A stretch of 64,000 bases of DNA, from NCBI GenBank assembly GCA_051294375.1, contig CM119264.1, positions 14,968,682-15,032,681 on the forward strand. The letters are read 5' to 3'. Below the pieces are notes generated by a model, which saw only the letters and a program-made list of their open reading frames with translations, searched no databases and was not told the DNA's origin. Shown here in pieces: positions 10,443-22,971 of this stretch. A program made the translations under genes and the position numbers. The DNA is from Paraspadella gotoi (Eukaryota; Animalia; Chaetognatha). How positions within the stretch are numbered: the first letter of the stretch is position 1; each line of letters begins with the position of its first letter.

Positions 10443-12920
10443 AAATACATTTTTAATCAAAAATATTTTTCTGGCCCAGAATTTTTAGTATTTTTCAAGT
10501 ATTTTTTTTACTTATAGTTACTAATTATTATTATATTTATTAACAATTGGACAGATAAATTGAATTGAAATTTTGTGTGTGGGTAGGAAAGTATGCAATT
10601 AATTGGATATAAATTTTTGATGGAATCGTAGGAGTGGAAAATTTTAAATTAGAAAATCGAAAGACATTTTTAAAAAAAAATTTAAAATTTTTCACTCTCT
10701 CTCTCTGTTAAAGAGTTTATAATGATTTTTATCTGAATTGAGCCCTGACCTTTTATTTTTTCTGAGTTTAAGTTTAAATGAATGACTCCAATATTTCTGT
10801 TTAAAGCCTCAAATTGGTAAATTTTATACATTGAATTTGAATATCTGGTCTCTCATTGGTTAATAATAACTAGTAGATGCTTTGATTATTCTCAAAATTG
10901 TGAACTATTCTCTCATGGTTTGTTATAATGTTGTCCTGTTATATAAAAGAAGAGTAAATTCTTAGTTTTTGGGAGATTCCTCTGAGACCATCAGGTATTA
11001 AATGACATTTGTGAAAATTATTTGAATATGGTAATTAATTTTAAGCTTTTATGTAGCTTTTAGCTGTTGCTGCGTCTCGCTCTGTTGCTGCATCTCGGTT
11101 CTAGTGCTACTGTTGCTGCGTCTCGGCTCTGTTGCTGCATCTCGGTTCTACTGCTACTGTTGCTGCGTATCGGCTCTACTGCTGCTGCTGTATTTTGGTT
11201 CTCTGTCATTCTGATGCACGTTTTTCAATGATTATTGGATATTGAATACTTAATAAAGTTATTATTCTATTTTTATCTTTTGATATATGGATTGAGTTAA
11301 TATTAAGTCGAGATTAAGCACTGCTCAAACAATGTTCTCATCTGAAACTGAGAAACCCCCCAAGGAATCTTCTACACTCTCTTTGATTGATTGATTGATT
11401 GATCGACAAATTATGCCAGTCTAGCCAAATTATGTTAGTTGACCAAATTATAGCAGTTGACCAAATTATGCAAAATTAGCAAATTATGCATAATAATATT
11501 ATTATAATAATACCTTTTTTAACTTTCTAAACGCCACTGGTGAATCTCACCACTCAACAGTTCAGTGGATGAACGTAACCATTTACGCTAATTCTGTATT
11601 TTCTTTTCTTATCATTTTTCACTTTCTCTATGGACCGTGTTTTTAGAACCATTACTCATTAATATTTAAAGCATCTTATTTCGAATACGCTTTTACTTAT
11701 TTCTGGACTGTCACTGAAAAAACGTAAATTTGGATAAGAAATAGATAAGAAAAATAAAAAGTTCTAATATAATTGTAAGATCTTTTGATTCGCTCGCAGA
11801 CAAAACATGTTATCTAGACTTCAAGGAAACTTAATCGGGAAAAACGGATCCGAAGGAACTTCGGTTCGTCGAGCTCCGAACGGATTAGGGATGATGTCGA
11901 AGATGACGCCGAGGAAGAGAATCGACAGGGCGAATCAAAACTATATAACGCGATGAACATCGGGGAAAAGTTTTTGACCAAACGACCTCAGTTTTTTTTT
12001 AACCTGTTAATTGTATCAAGTGAATCCTCGTTAGTTTTTGCTGCAACTTTCTGTTGGTGTTGATGAGGAAATCCAACTCTGATCTCGGCGACGAGGTCGT
12101 GTGCTTCGTTTTCAGAATGTGGCCTGAAGCGGACGTAGAGAAGAAATTGGCGATTGGCTTTCAATGGGAGCGAGCGAGTTTCACAGACCCGATATAGTCT
12201 CCTCTTTGGCGACGCTCCACAGTTGAGCCAATTGTTCGTTAGTCTTGGGTATCGTGTCCAAATACATAGAACAAACGAAAACTTTTCCAGAGCGATATCG
12301 TATTCTCCCTCTGAGTTCCATTTTTTTTTTCGTGGGGAGTTATTGATTATTAAATTTTATGGTGTTTTACTGCTGTCGCAGTAAATGAAATCAGAGTGGG
12401 TAAGAGCTGACATATTTATATATTAACTAACTCGTTAAGTAAATGGCCACCTCGGCGTGACTTCCAGGTTTAATTATGCCGATCGAAGGTTTAACTTTAA
12501 ACTTTTCCGGAGCCGTCGTTTTAATTTTGAAAGCCACAACTTTCCCACCGCCTTTTCGGAAGCAAGTACATTAGTAAATATAAAATGTTTAGTTTAATTT
12601 AAACAATACAATGATAGGTCATCCAGATGAAAATATGCGTAGGTTTTTTTATATTGGATTATAGTCAGCCTAAGTTACAAAGTGATAAGAAAGAAAAGTG
12701 AACCGCAACGCCAATACCTGCTCGTTTGGTTAGCGTAAGAATATCCAGAGTATCTTTCGAGGCATCAGCGACCTGCGAACGTGAAGGACAATTAAGTGAA
12801 AACATTAAGTATTTCAGAGCGAAGGCCTGGTTGATTCCTAATTTAATAGCAATGATTTAATATAATCCTCTTTTTAGGAAAAGAGATAATAAGACTAATA
12901 ATAATATAATAATAATAATA

Positions 12921-12963
<43 letters not shown>

Positions 12964-14035
12964 TGCACGCTTACTCTTTTATGTTCAGAGAAACTTTCTC
13001 TACAGAGAAAAACTCTTTTGACTTATCTGCCTTTAATCCCTCCTCCTCCTCCTCTTCCTCCGCCCCACTTCAATCTGCAAACCCTCCTTCAGCTCCACTC
13101 CCACCCCCACCCCCTCCGCCCCCAAAGTCTCACGTCAAAGTGGAGACTTTCCCCCGGAGATTTCGAGATGAAACGCCGGAGTAGGTCGTCCCCGAGTTCG
13201 CGTCCACCATTTCCGGGTTTTTTTTTGCATCCGGGTCACGGATCGCGTTTACTCATTCTTTGATGCTGTAAAGCCAAGTTGTACGTGGCGGAGGAAGGCC
13301 CACGACGTTCGCATCGAGATCCCATCTTACTTTTTCCGTCTCGAGTCTGATGGGAGAAGAGAAAATGGGAAGCTTAACAGGGGGCGAGAAATGAGATCAT
13401 ATTAAAGAGCTCGAAGAGGTGTTTATTTTATAAATAAAGTGGCAAGTTATTGATTATAAACTGTAATTAATCGTTGGTAAAACAAAGTTCTCACCAAAAC
13501 AATCTCCTCGCGATGCCTTTCCGTCTCTCACCGCGATTCCGGCCAAAGAGAAATTGGCAGAAAAGGCGGAGGCCAATTTTCTGATCGCAATGGAACCGCA
13601 ATGGAACCCGCGGGAGGAAAGGCGCGCGGGGGCCGCTGATGAATAAAATCACCACTTACCCTTTTTTTTTTTTTTGTTTTTTTTAAATGCGGGGCCTTTT
13701 GTTCATCTCCTTTTCCTTCTCCTGTCATCCACCCCCTTCCTTCTCCAATCGTCATTTCTTTTCAAGTTCCTCCCCGCCACTTTATTCCCATTCTTTTCCT
13801 TACTTTTCCTTCCCATTGGTTTTTCTTGTTTGTTTTTTTCGCCAATTATTTTTTCTTTTTTAACTCACCCTCACTCCTTTCTTTCTTCACTCTCCATCTC
13901 GCTCCCTCTTTCTTTTTTAGTTTTCCTTCGTGAATCTTGGGATGCATTTTCTTCATTTCCTTTGTCTTTTTCTTCTGCATCATTTCTCTCTTCTTTTCCC
14001 TTTCGTTTCTTTTTCTCATCGTCCTTGTACATCAT
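9600..14035 (+). repeat. Tandem near-identical copy of 5113-9570, probable assembly artefact
   Basis: Starts right after a 25-N gap (9575-9599); differs from the first copy mainly by scattered small indels. Confidence 0.85.
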
Positions 14036-14275
14036 CATTCTCTTTTGTTCTCATCTTACATACTCTCTCTCTGTCCGCTTTATATGCATATCTTCCTTTT
14101 TCTTTCTTCCTCTCTCTCTCTCTCAACCTTTTTCTCCATCTCTCTCTCCCTTCTTTCTCCTCCGAAGCCTCCGACAGATTTTCTCATTGTTGTTGTGATT
14201 GACAAACTCGGTGGGAGAGTTAAAACGGAACCATTTCAATGCATTTCTCCTTCAACTTCTCATTCTCCTCTCTCT

Positions 14276-14330
<55 letters not shown>

Positions 14331-15489
14331 CTTCTTTTCTCTTTCTTTCATTCTTTTTTATTTCTTTCTTCTTTCTTTCTTTTTTTCTTCTTTCTTTCTT
14401 TTCTTTCTTCTTTCTTTCTGTCTTTCTTTCTTTTTTTCTTTCTTCTTTCTTTTCTTCTTTAATTTGGTATTTATATTTAACATCCGAAAACTTTTTTTTT
14501 CATTTTTTTTCTATTTTTTATATTTCCTTATCGCATAGTAAATAAGTATCAATTGCATAATATGCAATATGCATATTCCGTTCACCCTTCATACGTCTTC
14601 TTTGTAAATTTTATAAAACAAAAACTGCCAATGAGTTTTTCTTTTGTCCATTTTTTCCCCTCAGATTGTTTTTTTCCCCTTCCCCTCCTCTTTTTCTCTC
14701 TGAAACCATTTCAATGCATCAGGTTTTGTATTGTCTTCAACCAAATCGCTCTCCAACTCTATTCAAGGTTTCCGGGTGAAGGAAGGGCGAGCGAGTTCCT
14801 TGCCGATTGTTTATTGAAGCAGAAAAACAATATCCTGATAAAACTAATGTATGACTAATACGAGTTTTGCAACATACTATGTGTGTTGAATAACGTTAGA
14901 ACCAAATGTTTTTGTTTTCTACCTACTAAGCGACTTGGCATAAAGATTGAAGCCTCTATGATTGTCCTTCATTCATAAGCATAATACGTACGTAAATTTG
15001 TTATTTAACACTTACGTATTTTTTTACGTAAATTTCTTTTGACTTTGTGGTTTTAGACTACATAAAAGAGAATAGGAATCATTATTATCGCTCGGCGCAC
15101 GAATTGCCTCGCCTAATGCGACCGCGGGGGGGGGGCGGTAGGGGGGCGGGGCGGAGGCCAGAGGAGAAAATTGAGGAAAGGGGTGGGCCGAGCGAAGCCT
15201 AGGGGTGGGATAATTGACAAAGCGGGAGGGTGGAGGAGGGGGAGGAGGGCAAAGGTCGAACCCACGACGAGTCTTTATGAAGAGACCCAAAAAACTGATT
15301 TCTTCTTTCCATCCTTCATGGTCAGATGAAGCTGGCAGAGTGAACGAGGATGAGTCAGATTCTGGTTGAGGTGATTCCGAATGAGACCCGAGGAGTGTTG
15401 ACATTGGAGGCTTTCATTTTTAATTAATGGAATCTGTGACGTCAATCGTGACCCCTTTTCGGTTGGGCTTCGATCTAATGCTCGTCACT

Positions 15490-15568
15490 TCACGATTCGT
15501 CCGCCGAGTCTTCGGCGTTTCTCGACTCCCGCGCCAGAGTCTCCAGCTTTTCTTGTTTATTTCCTAAT
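15490..15568 (-). CDS. Candidate terminal coding exon of an unidentified minus-strand gene: (R)LGNKQEKLETLARESRNAEDSADES*
   Basis: Acceptor TTTGTTTTGCAG; the other two phases stop within four codons, and the open phase (2) matches the candidate exon at 16306-16350. Confidence 0.35.
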
Positions 15569-16305
15569 CTGCAAAACAAATTCTCGATTAGCATCGAGGC
15601 TTTTCGCACCCATGGCTAACGTATGCCTTCATGAATAATACGAACAGTAAAGATGATAGCAAAGACGTTTGTTTTCAACGACGAGGGGGGCTCTACGTCA
15701 CTTCGGGCGAGATAAGTGGTACGTATATCGAAAGAATGGTAGACTGAATTTTATATCATATATATTTTAAAAAGTTAAATATTAAACAATCAGCAGCAGA
15801 TTGGGTATCACTGCTAACGAATAACTTTTTCGGTTAAGCGTCTTAAAAATTTCTTTCGTCGTCGATAAAATTCTGTTTGTTTTTTTTTCAAACCCGAATC
15901 CTCAACGAAAAAAGTTTTCTCCCAAATGATTTTGGTAAAAACTGCAAAGCGAATCTCCGTTTCTTTTTTCCGCCAAAACAAAAATGTTTTTTCGAGCGAC
16001 GAGACGATTCGGGGATTTTCTTTGAAGGCGACTTGTTTTTGCCCAAGATTTGTAAAGGCCGAACATTAAGAAAAACTCCGTTTATGGCTTCTCGCCTTTT
16101 TTTCCTTTTTGCGATGGCTCGAGAAGACGAAACTCGCCCCCCCCATTTTCTCGTTTATGGATTTGCTCCAAGGGAATCGTGGTTGCTGCGGCTGCTGCAT
16201 CTTCCTTTTTTACCATTCGTGATGAAGTCACATTCAGCAGTTTTGACTGACTTCAAAGGTGCAGCTACGTCTGGCGCCGTTTTGGTCATTGCTTAGTATG
16301 CTTAC

Positions 16306-16350
16306 CTTAAGTCTTGGCTGCAGCGACCTTCACCGTCCTCGTTCACCGTT
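16306..16350 (-). CDS. Candidate 45-nt internal exon (TVNEDGEGRCSQDL)
   Basis: Strong acceptor TTTTTTTTTCCTCACGTTTATCCAG and donor AAG|GTAAGC; a single open frame (phase 2-2). Confidence 0.4.
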
Positions 16351-16798
16351 CTGGATAAACGTGAGGAAAAAAAAAATTTAAAGCAAACATTTTTTAAAAA
16401 ATATAAAAAAGTCGCGATGCTGCCAATGGATTTTCCGTTGCTTAATTAAGCTCGAGGCCGTGTTTTAAAAAGTGTTCAATCTTCTTTCAAAATCTAAACT
16501 AAACAAAAAAAAACCTAGTTTTCAATTACGCTCCTTATCTCTCGATGAAGAGAAACGCTCGTAGAGGCTTTTGCCGCTTCTTCCGCCGCCATCGGCGCTG
16601 CTGACGCCATCGCCGCCGACTCTAGCGAATCTCATAATTACTGCAAGATCGAATCGCGCATCTCTGATTAATGAAAAAAGAGGAGGATACAAAAGATGAA
16701 GCCAAACCTTTCCATTATTTTTTTTTTACACAAAGTCGAGATTAATCGAACTCAATTATGACGCACCTTCCGAAATTTTAAAGTGAAGAAAAATAATA

Positions 16799-17059
16799 GC
16801 TTGTGGCGGTATATTCACACCGCCTCACGTCCACCATCCGTCAGCCAAATCCATTGGCTCAGAGGGGGAACACACCATCCCAGGCGTAGTGTTCCATCCT
16901 CAGTCCTAATGACTTCCCTCTGCGTTTGCAAAGCGAGACCGTCCTAGGGTAAACGCGCCAGTGACTGGAGGCGTCACTGAGAGTCGGAAGCCCCCAAAGC
17001 CAACAGTGAGATGCCCCATCCCAATGGGCATCACAGGCAACCCGGCTGTTGCCATAAGC
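16799..17059 (+). ncRNA. Highly structured ~260-nt element, possibly a non-LTR (RTE-type) retrotransposon 5' UTR or SINE
   Basis: Terminal pairing GCTTGTGGCGGTA/TGTTGCCATAAGC with G-U wobbles valid only on the + strand. Hairpins GGCGGT/ACCGCC, AGCCAA/TTGGCT, CAGAGGG/CCCTCTG, GGAACAC/GTGTTCC, CAGTGAC/GTCACTG, GATGCCC/GGGCATC. A GC-rich island in AT-rich DNA. Confidence 0.6.
16922..17000 (+). ncRNA. Twister ribozyme-like motif, circularly permuted (P5-type order)
   Basis: AAA GCGA GACCG TCCTAGGG TAA ACGC GCC AGTGAC tggaggc GTCACT G AGAG TCGGAAGC CCCC: catalytic GA, T1 CCG/CGG, P1 hairpin, UAA scissile site, P2 CGC/GCG, GCC, P3, L4 UCGGAAGC. P4 has two A-C mismatches. Confidence 0.6.
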
Positions 17060-18949
17060 TTATCTAACGTGTTAGACTAGGAGGGCATTTGAATAATTGT
17101 CTTTACTGAATCAACCATGTTAATCAACCTACCGAAGCCAATAAATGTTAATGAGTTCGACATTCGACTCGGCAGAATATTTTAATCCCAGACATGAGAT
17201 CGCATTTAATGATGATGGGGATTTTTTTAGGAACATTTTCCGTTGTTTCTCCGATTGGAAATTAAAATCAAATTAAATAAAATGAATTAATTATAAAGTG
17301 GAAGTTGAAGCGAGGGGGGGGGAAGAAGATATGATATGTGACCCAAATTGGATACGTGAACTCAATTCCGAATCGACACAAATAATCTCACCCGCGGCCG
17401 GGGGGGGGGTGGCAGGGCGATGTTGACAGATGACGACGGCGAGTGCACGAATCGAAATAGAGGAACTCCGTCAGTCAGTCAGAAAGAGATAAGTGATAGA
17501 AAGAAAAAGCAAAAGGATTTGGGAAAGCAACGGCGAAAATCCGGCAAAGGAAAAGAAAAGTAATCAGTTCTCGAAGAAATATAGAGCAAACGTGAAAAAT
17601 TCGGAACTGGAAATTTGGAAGAAAAAAAAAGAAAAGGCTTCTCTTGATCTTGAACTTCTTCTCCGTCGACGAATCAACTGAAAAACGAAACGACAACAAT
17701 GACGATAACAACAACGACAACAACTCGAATTTTTATGCGCGCTTTTCTTCTCGCATCCTCAAATTGATCGGATCGGCGGACCATTCACCGACCTGTCATC
17801 GACCCGTCACGGCGATCTTTTCACCCCGGTGATCTTCGACCTCTTACCCTCACCATTTTCGACCTTTAGTCTCTTCGTTCCCTTCCAGCTCCCGACCTCT
17901 GACCTCCTTCAACACCCCCGGATCAAAACCGCCTCCGACGACACGACTTCACATTCGTTTAATCGGACAAACACACCCACGACGACTAGGATGACGACGA
18001 AGGCGCCGACGACGACGACGACGCTAACTTCCCTGGAGGATGACTTTGGTTGGCTTTCGATGACCTCTTCGCTCATCTGAGCCCTCCCGGGGAGGTGGGG
18101 AGAAGCGGTGGGGCGTGACGGGACGGCGAGAGAGCGGGAGAGCGAGGTGAAGGGAGAGAGGCATTTTGTCATTAAAGGGAAAGAGGAGAGAAATTGATCG
18201 AAAGGAAATGAGAGAACGAAACGGGGATATGAAAAAGAAGAAGAGAGTAAGAAAGCAAGAGAGAAAAAAATGAGAGAAAGAAAGATAGAAAGCAAGAAAG
18301 AAAGAAAAAAAGAAAGCAAGAATGAAAGAAAGAAAGAAAGAAAGAAAGCAAGAAAAACATTAAGACATTGGGTTAAAAACAAGAAAAAAAATTTAAAGAG
18401 AAAAAAAAAGAGAGGGAGGAAAATAAAAGGAATGAACCCTCTCTCGTGGAATTAATGTTCCTTACTGAGGTCTTATCGATCACCGACCGAAAAAACTGTT
18501 ATTGTCATGCGAAAGATTTGCTGCCTCGTGCGTGCAATGTTGTAGACTTTATTGCTTTCCCTAATTTTTTTATTTTATTTTTTCGAATTTTTTTTTTTTA
18601 TTCTCCAGTTTTTGATTTTCTCCTTCGAGCTTCTTCGCGTTTGTTCGTTCGATAGATATTTCATTTTTTGCATCAGCGTGTAAAATTTCAATTCGAATCG
18701 GTCGGAGCTGTTCCTCTTCCTTCTGTCTATTTTTCTCTTTCTATCTTTCTCTATTTTTAAATCTCTCTAGATCCTTCTCTCCTCCTCCTCCTCCTCCTCT
18801 CTTCGACTGATGGAGAACCATGTGAATTTGTGCCCTGACCAATTTAAGGGAATCGAACCGAGAACCGAATCTAAAAACGATTTTTCATTATTTTTTGCTG
18901 CGACGGAAAACTCGGCATCCCAGGACGGAAAGAGCTGAGGAGACTGGTG

Positions 18950-19047
<98 letters not shown>

Positions 19048-19099
19048 GACGCGTGTGGGACGGACAGAAAAATCAAAAATCAAAAAAGAAATAAAGAAA

Positions 19100-19240
19100 G
19101 AAATTAATAAATAAATTAATAAATTAATTAATAAATTAATAAATTAATAAATTAATAAATTAATAAATTAATAAATTAATAAATTAATAAATTAATTAAT
19201 AAATTAATTAATAAATAAAAAAATTAATAAGAATTAAAAC

Positions 19241-19310
<70 letters not shown>
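19100..19310 (+). repeat. (AAATTAAT)n octamer array followed by (AAAG)n
   Basis: Read directly. Confidence 0.9.
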
Positions 19311-19902
19311 CGATGAAAAATCATTATTTCCATATGCTAAGATTCAATATTTTAAAAGAGGATTTTGGGAAGAAAAGTGGAAAAGTTCTGATTTGTTGTG
19401 GCAGGAAGAAAAATGGAAGGTAGGAGGAGAAAGAGAGGAACGAAGAAGAGAAGATGGATTCGGCGGAAAGAGATGAAGGAAAGAAATTTCCTGACGAAGA
19501 AGCAAGGGAAAACAACAAGGAAAGAATGTGAAACAAGAGGAGACAATAAAATAGATAAAAGTGAAATATCATTAGGAAGGAGATGATGTAAACAATGGAG
19601 AAGGAAGATGAGGTTAAATGGAAGAAGAAGATGAAGTAAAGAGAAAAAAGAAAACAGAGAAAAGAGTTGAGGTAAAAGGAGAAAGTGGAAAAAGAAGATG
19701 AGAAGGAGCAGAGAAGAAAGACTATAGGAGGAGGAAGAGGAGGAGCACGAGGATGGAGAAGAGGAGGAAGAAATGGAAGAAAACGAAGTCGCGTCGGCGC
19801 GTTTAGTCGCACAACTGCCTCCATCACTCGAGGTTCAACTTTTTTCTCTCTGTCTCTATCTATTTCTCTCTTTCTCTCTTTCTTTCTTTCTTTCTTTCTT
19901 TA

Positions 19903-20016
<114 letters not shown>

Positions 20017-22301
20017 TTTTTTTCTTATTTCTATTTTTCTGTAAATCTCTCTCTCAAACTCTCTCTCACTTCAGTTTTTCCTCTATTTTTTTCCCTTTTT
20101 TCCTCAAAATTTGGGATTAATTTTTTGGGTTTTCTCCATCGGGTCAGATCGGGTTTCATCTTTTTCGTCGTCGTCGGAAGAATTTCTAATCTTCATTCGT
20201 CTCAACTCGATTTGACTTTCGTCGCGTTTTAATTCATAATTCGTCTCGAGCAGAAATCTCTCGCTTTCACGTCGTTCGTTATTTCATCCCAAAGATTAAA
20301 TTTCTTAAATTTATTTCCTCCGAACCAAAGTTTAAGGCGCGGATTTTTTTTTTAGTAAAATAACGCGTTGGTTATGGAAAATATTTTCATCGCGCCAAAT
20401 GAAAAGTAACTGAAACTCACCTGTTGTTAATTCTTTGCGTCATACATCATATTCAAAATTTTTATTTACGTAATAATTTCAATTCTAAATATTCATTTAA
20501 ACATTTTTAGTTAAAAAAAAAAAAGAAAAAAAAATATTGAAAAAATAAAAAGAGAATTTGCGAATGAAAACTTGGCGAGACGAATCGAGCGAAAGCGTGA
20601 CGACGTCTTTCTCGCTCTCGCTCTCCTCGAGAATAATCGTTATTAAATAAGATTTTTAAAAAAACTGAAGATTTTCGAAGGAAGGCGGATTCGAAATTCG
20701 AAATTCGAATACGCCCGTCATTTTTCTTCTCACGAATGAAAAGCTGTCGTCTCAACGGCGACGTTGTTCGAATTATTCATATTTTTTTAAAGAATTATAT
20801 ACGTGATATAGTTTTAGAAATTGATTAAATTGAGTTTATGAATATCAAGGATCGCGATAAAGGCATCAACGAGATTGACTTGTACGATATCGACCCGCTT
20901 TCCCGTTTCTTCTCTTAATATTTATTCACACTCTCACATCACGAAAATTCAAACTAGCTGGAAAGATTGTCAAAAGCGAAAACGATTGGCGATATGCCCA
21001 GTGATTTACTCACAATTCCTACTATGCGCGTTGCGTTGCCCAAAACCTTTCGACTCAAATTCCCGTCCGTTTGGCCTTGCCTCTCGCTTTGAGTAAAAGG
21101 CAAAATGCCAAGTTGCAGGAATGCGAGATTCGAAAGAGCTTTATAATCAGCAATGGGTTCATCGATTCCGTACGACCCTGCCGTTCATGTTTCACTTCTA
21201 CCATCTCAACCGTCATCCGCCGACCACCACCCACAAACCGCCTACCACCATCGACCAACCTCGACTCCCCGACCTCCAAGAGTGGTCGTGCTTCCGTGGT
21301 GTCACTCGTTGAACCCAAATCAACGTTTGTGTCTTCTCCTTTTTTCATTTCCTCCGTGCAGTCTCCTTCCTTCCTTAACCTCCTCATCTCGATGATTCAT
21401 TTTTGATTCATGATTCATGAATCAAAAATGAATTCAAGATCTTCTTCTTCATCCTTCATGTTACGGAGATGTAACTTTTCCAACTAACGGTGAAGCTGCT
21501 GGATCTGGCAAAACCATTTGCTTATTTCGTCTCATGGAACTATTTCTCTCTCAACTCTTTCTCCCAGCGATTCGATTCTAACCTAGAAGCCGACTGTTGC
21601 TTCGGTTGCGAGAGGAAATTCTCTGAGGACGTCAACAATCCAACCCTTTTCTCTCTATTTCTTTTTATTTATCCAATTTTTTTTATTTGGTGTTGTTGTT
21701 GTTGTTGTTTTTTGTTTTTGTTTCTCTCACTTCGAAGCTTAAGCTCAATCGGGCACTTTGATTGCTGTCAATTGGCCGACGGCCGTCTGTCCGTCTGTCT
21801 GTCGTTTCGTCAGTATATATTCCCCATTATGGAAATGAGATCTTAAAAGTCACTTCGTTTCAGACTTTGATTTACTTCTTTTTTTTTTCCGGTTTCGACG
21901 AAATACTGAGTCGGCCAGAAAATTGTAAAATCAAATGGATTTTCGATTTTTACCGCTTTTTTGTTTTTGTTTGTTTTTTTTTTGTTCGGCGAAGAATGAC
22001 AGCCTCGTTTTCGATTCTTCACTTTTCAACGTTGGCGTCACGAAATTATTTCTTTTCCCGCTTTTTTGAAATCAAACTTTTTTCTTTGTACCTAAGTGGG
22101 TCTTCTTTTCGCTCGGCGCGTTTTTTTTTCCATTTCACTTTTTCATAAATTCTATCTTTTCTTTTTCTCCTTTATCTTTTTATACCATTCAATTATATGC
22201 ATTTGTCTTCTCCGTACTTTCCTATTCGTTTTAATTACACTCATACGATTTTCACATTATTCTAGAAAAAATGTTTTTTTTCTCCGTTATTACCCGTTTT
22301 T

Positions 22302-22393
<92 letters not shown>

Positions 22394-22738
22394 TCCTTCT
22401 TATCTCCTTTTTTCTCTGTCGTAAGTCTTTTAAGTGTCGACCCACTTGCGTTTTCTCCTTTGTTTACCTCCTCTCGTTTTCTTTTCCTGCTGGTCGTTAG
22501 AAAGTCTACTCCAAATCGAACAAATGTTTCGAAAGACTCACAGTCTAAAAAGGAAAAAAAAACGATAAAAAAAAGCTGATAAAAAATAGCATAAAAAAAA
22601 ACAAAAAACAAAAAAAACAAACCAAAAAACAAAAAGCAAAAAAAAAAAGAACATAAGAAACAAAAGATTGGGAACGACTGGACTGTAACCTTAAAGACGA
22701 ATGAGCTGCAAGAAAGCGGGGAGGCAGGAAGAAAAAAT

Positions 22739-22784
<46 letters not shown>

Positions 22785-22919
22785 AGCGCCTCCGATGCGG
22801 TCATTGTCCCGTGATCCCTTCCGATACCAAGTACATCTGGACTTGAAGAATTGAAGACTCAATTCCGACTCATGATTCCGACTCCAATCGTCTTCTCTTC
22901 TCACATCCTAATCCAACAA

Positions 22920-22970
<51 letters not shown>
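22920..22970 (+). repeat. (CGT)n microsatellite
   Basis: Read directly. Confidence 0.95.

Positions 22971-22971
<1 letters not shown>

Noticed and set aside
13674-14545. Many long F/S/L-rich or R/E/K-rich ORFs here and throughout (e.g. 30217-30816, 47708-48597)
   Set aside because: Translations of (CT)n, (CTTT)n and other polypyrimidine/polypurine tracts that lack stop codons; no real domain content.
16799-17059. RNase P/MRP, 7SK, SRP or HDV-like ribozyme identity for the structured element
   Set aside because: Only isolated short resemblances (AACCCGGCT, TCACGTC, GGACGTGAGGCG); the required pseudoknots and motif order could not be built, whereas the twister core fits.
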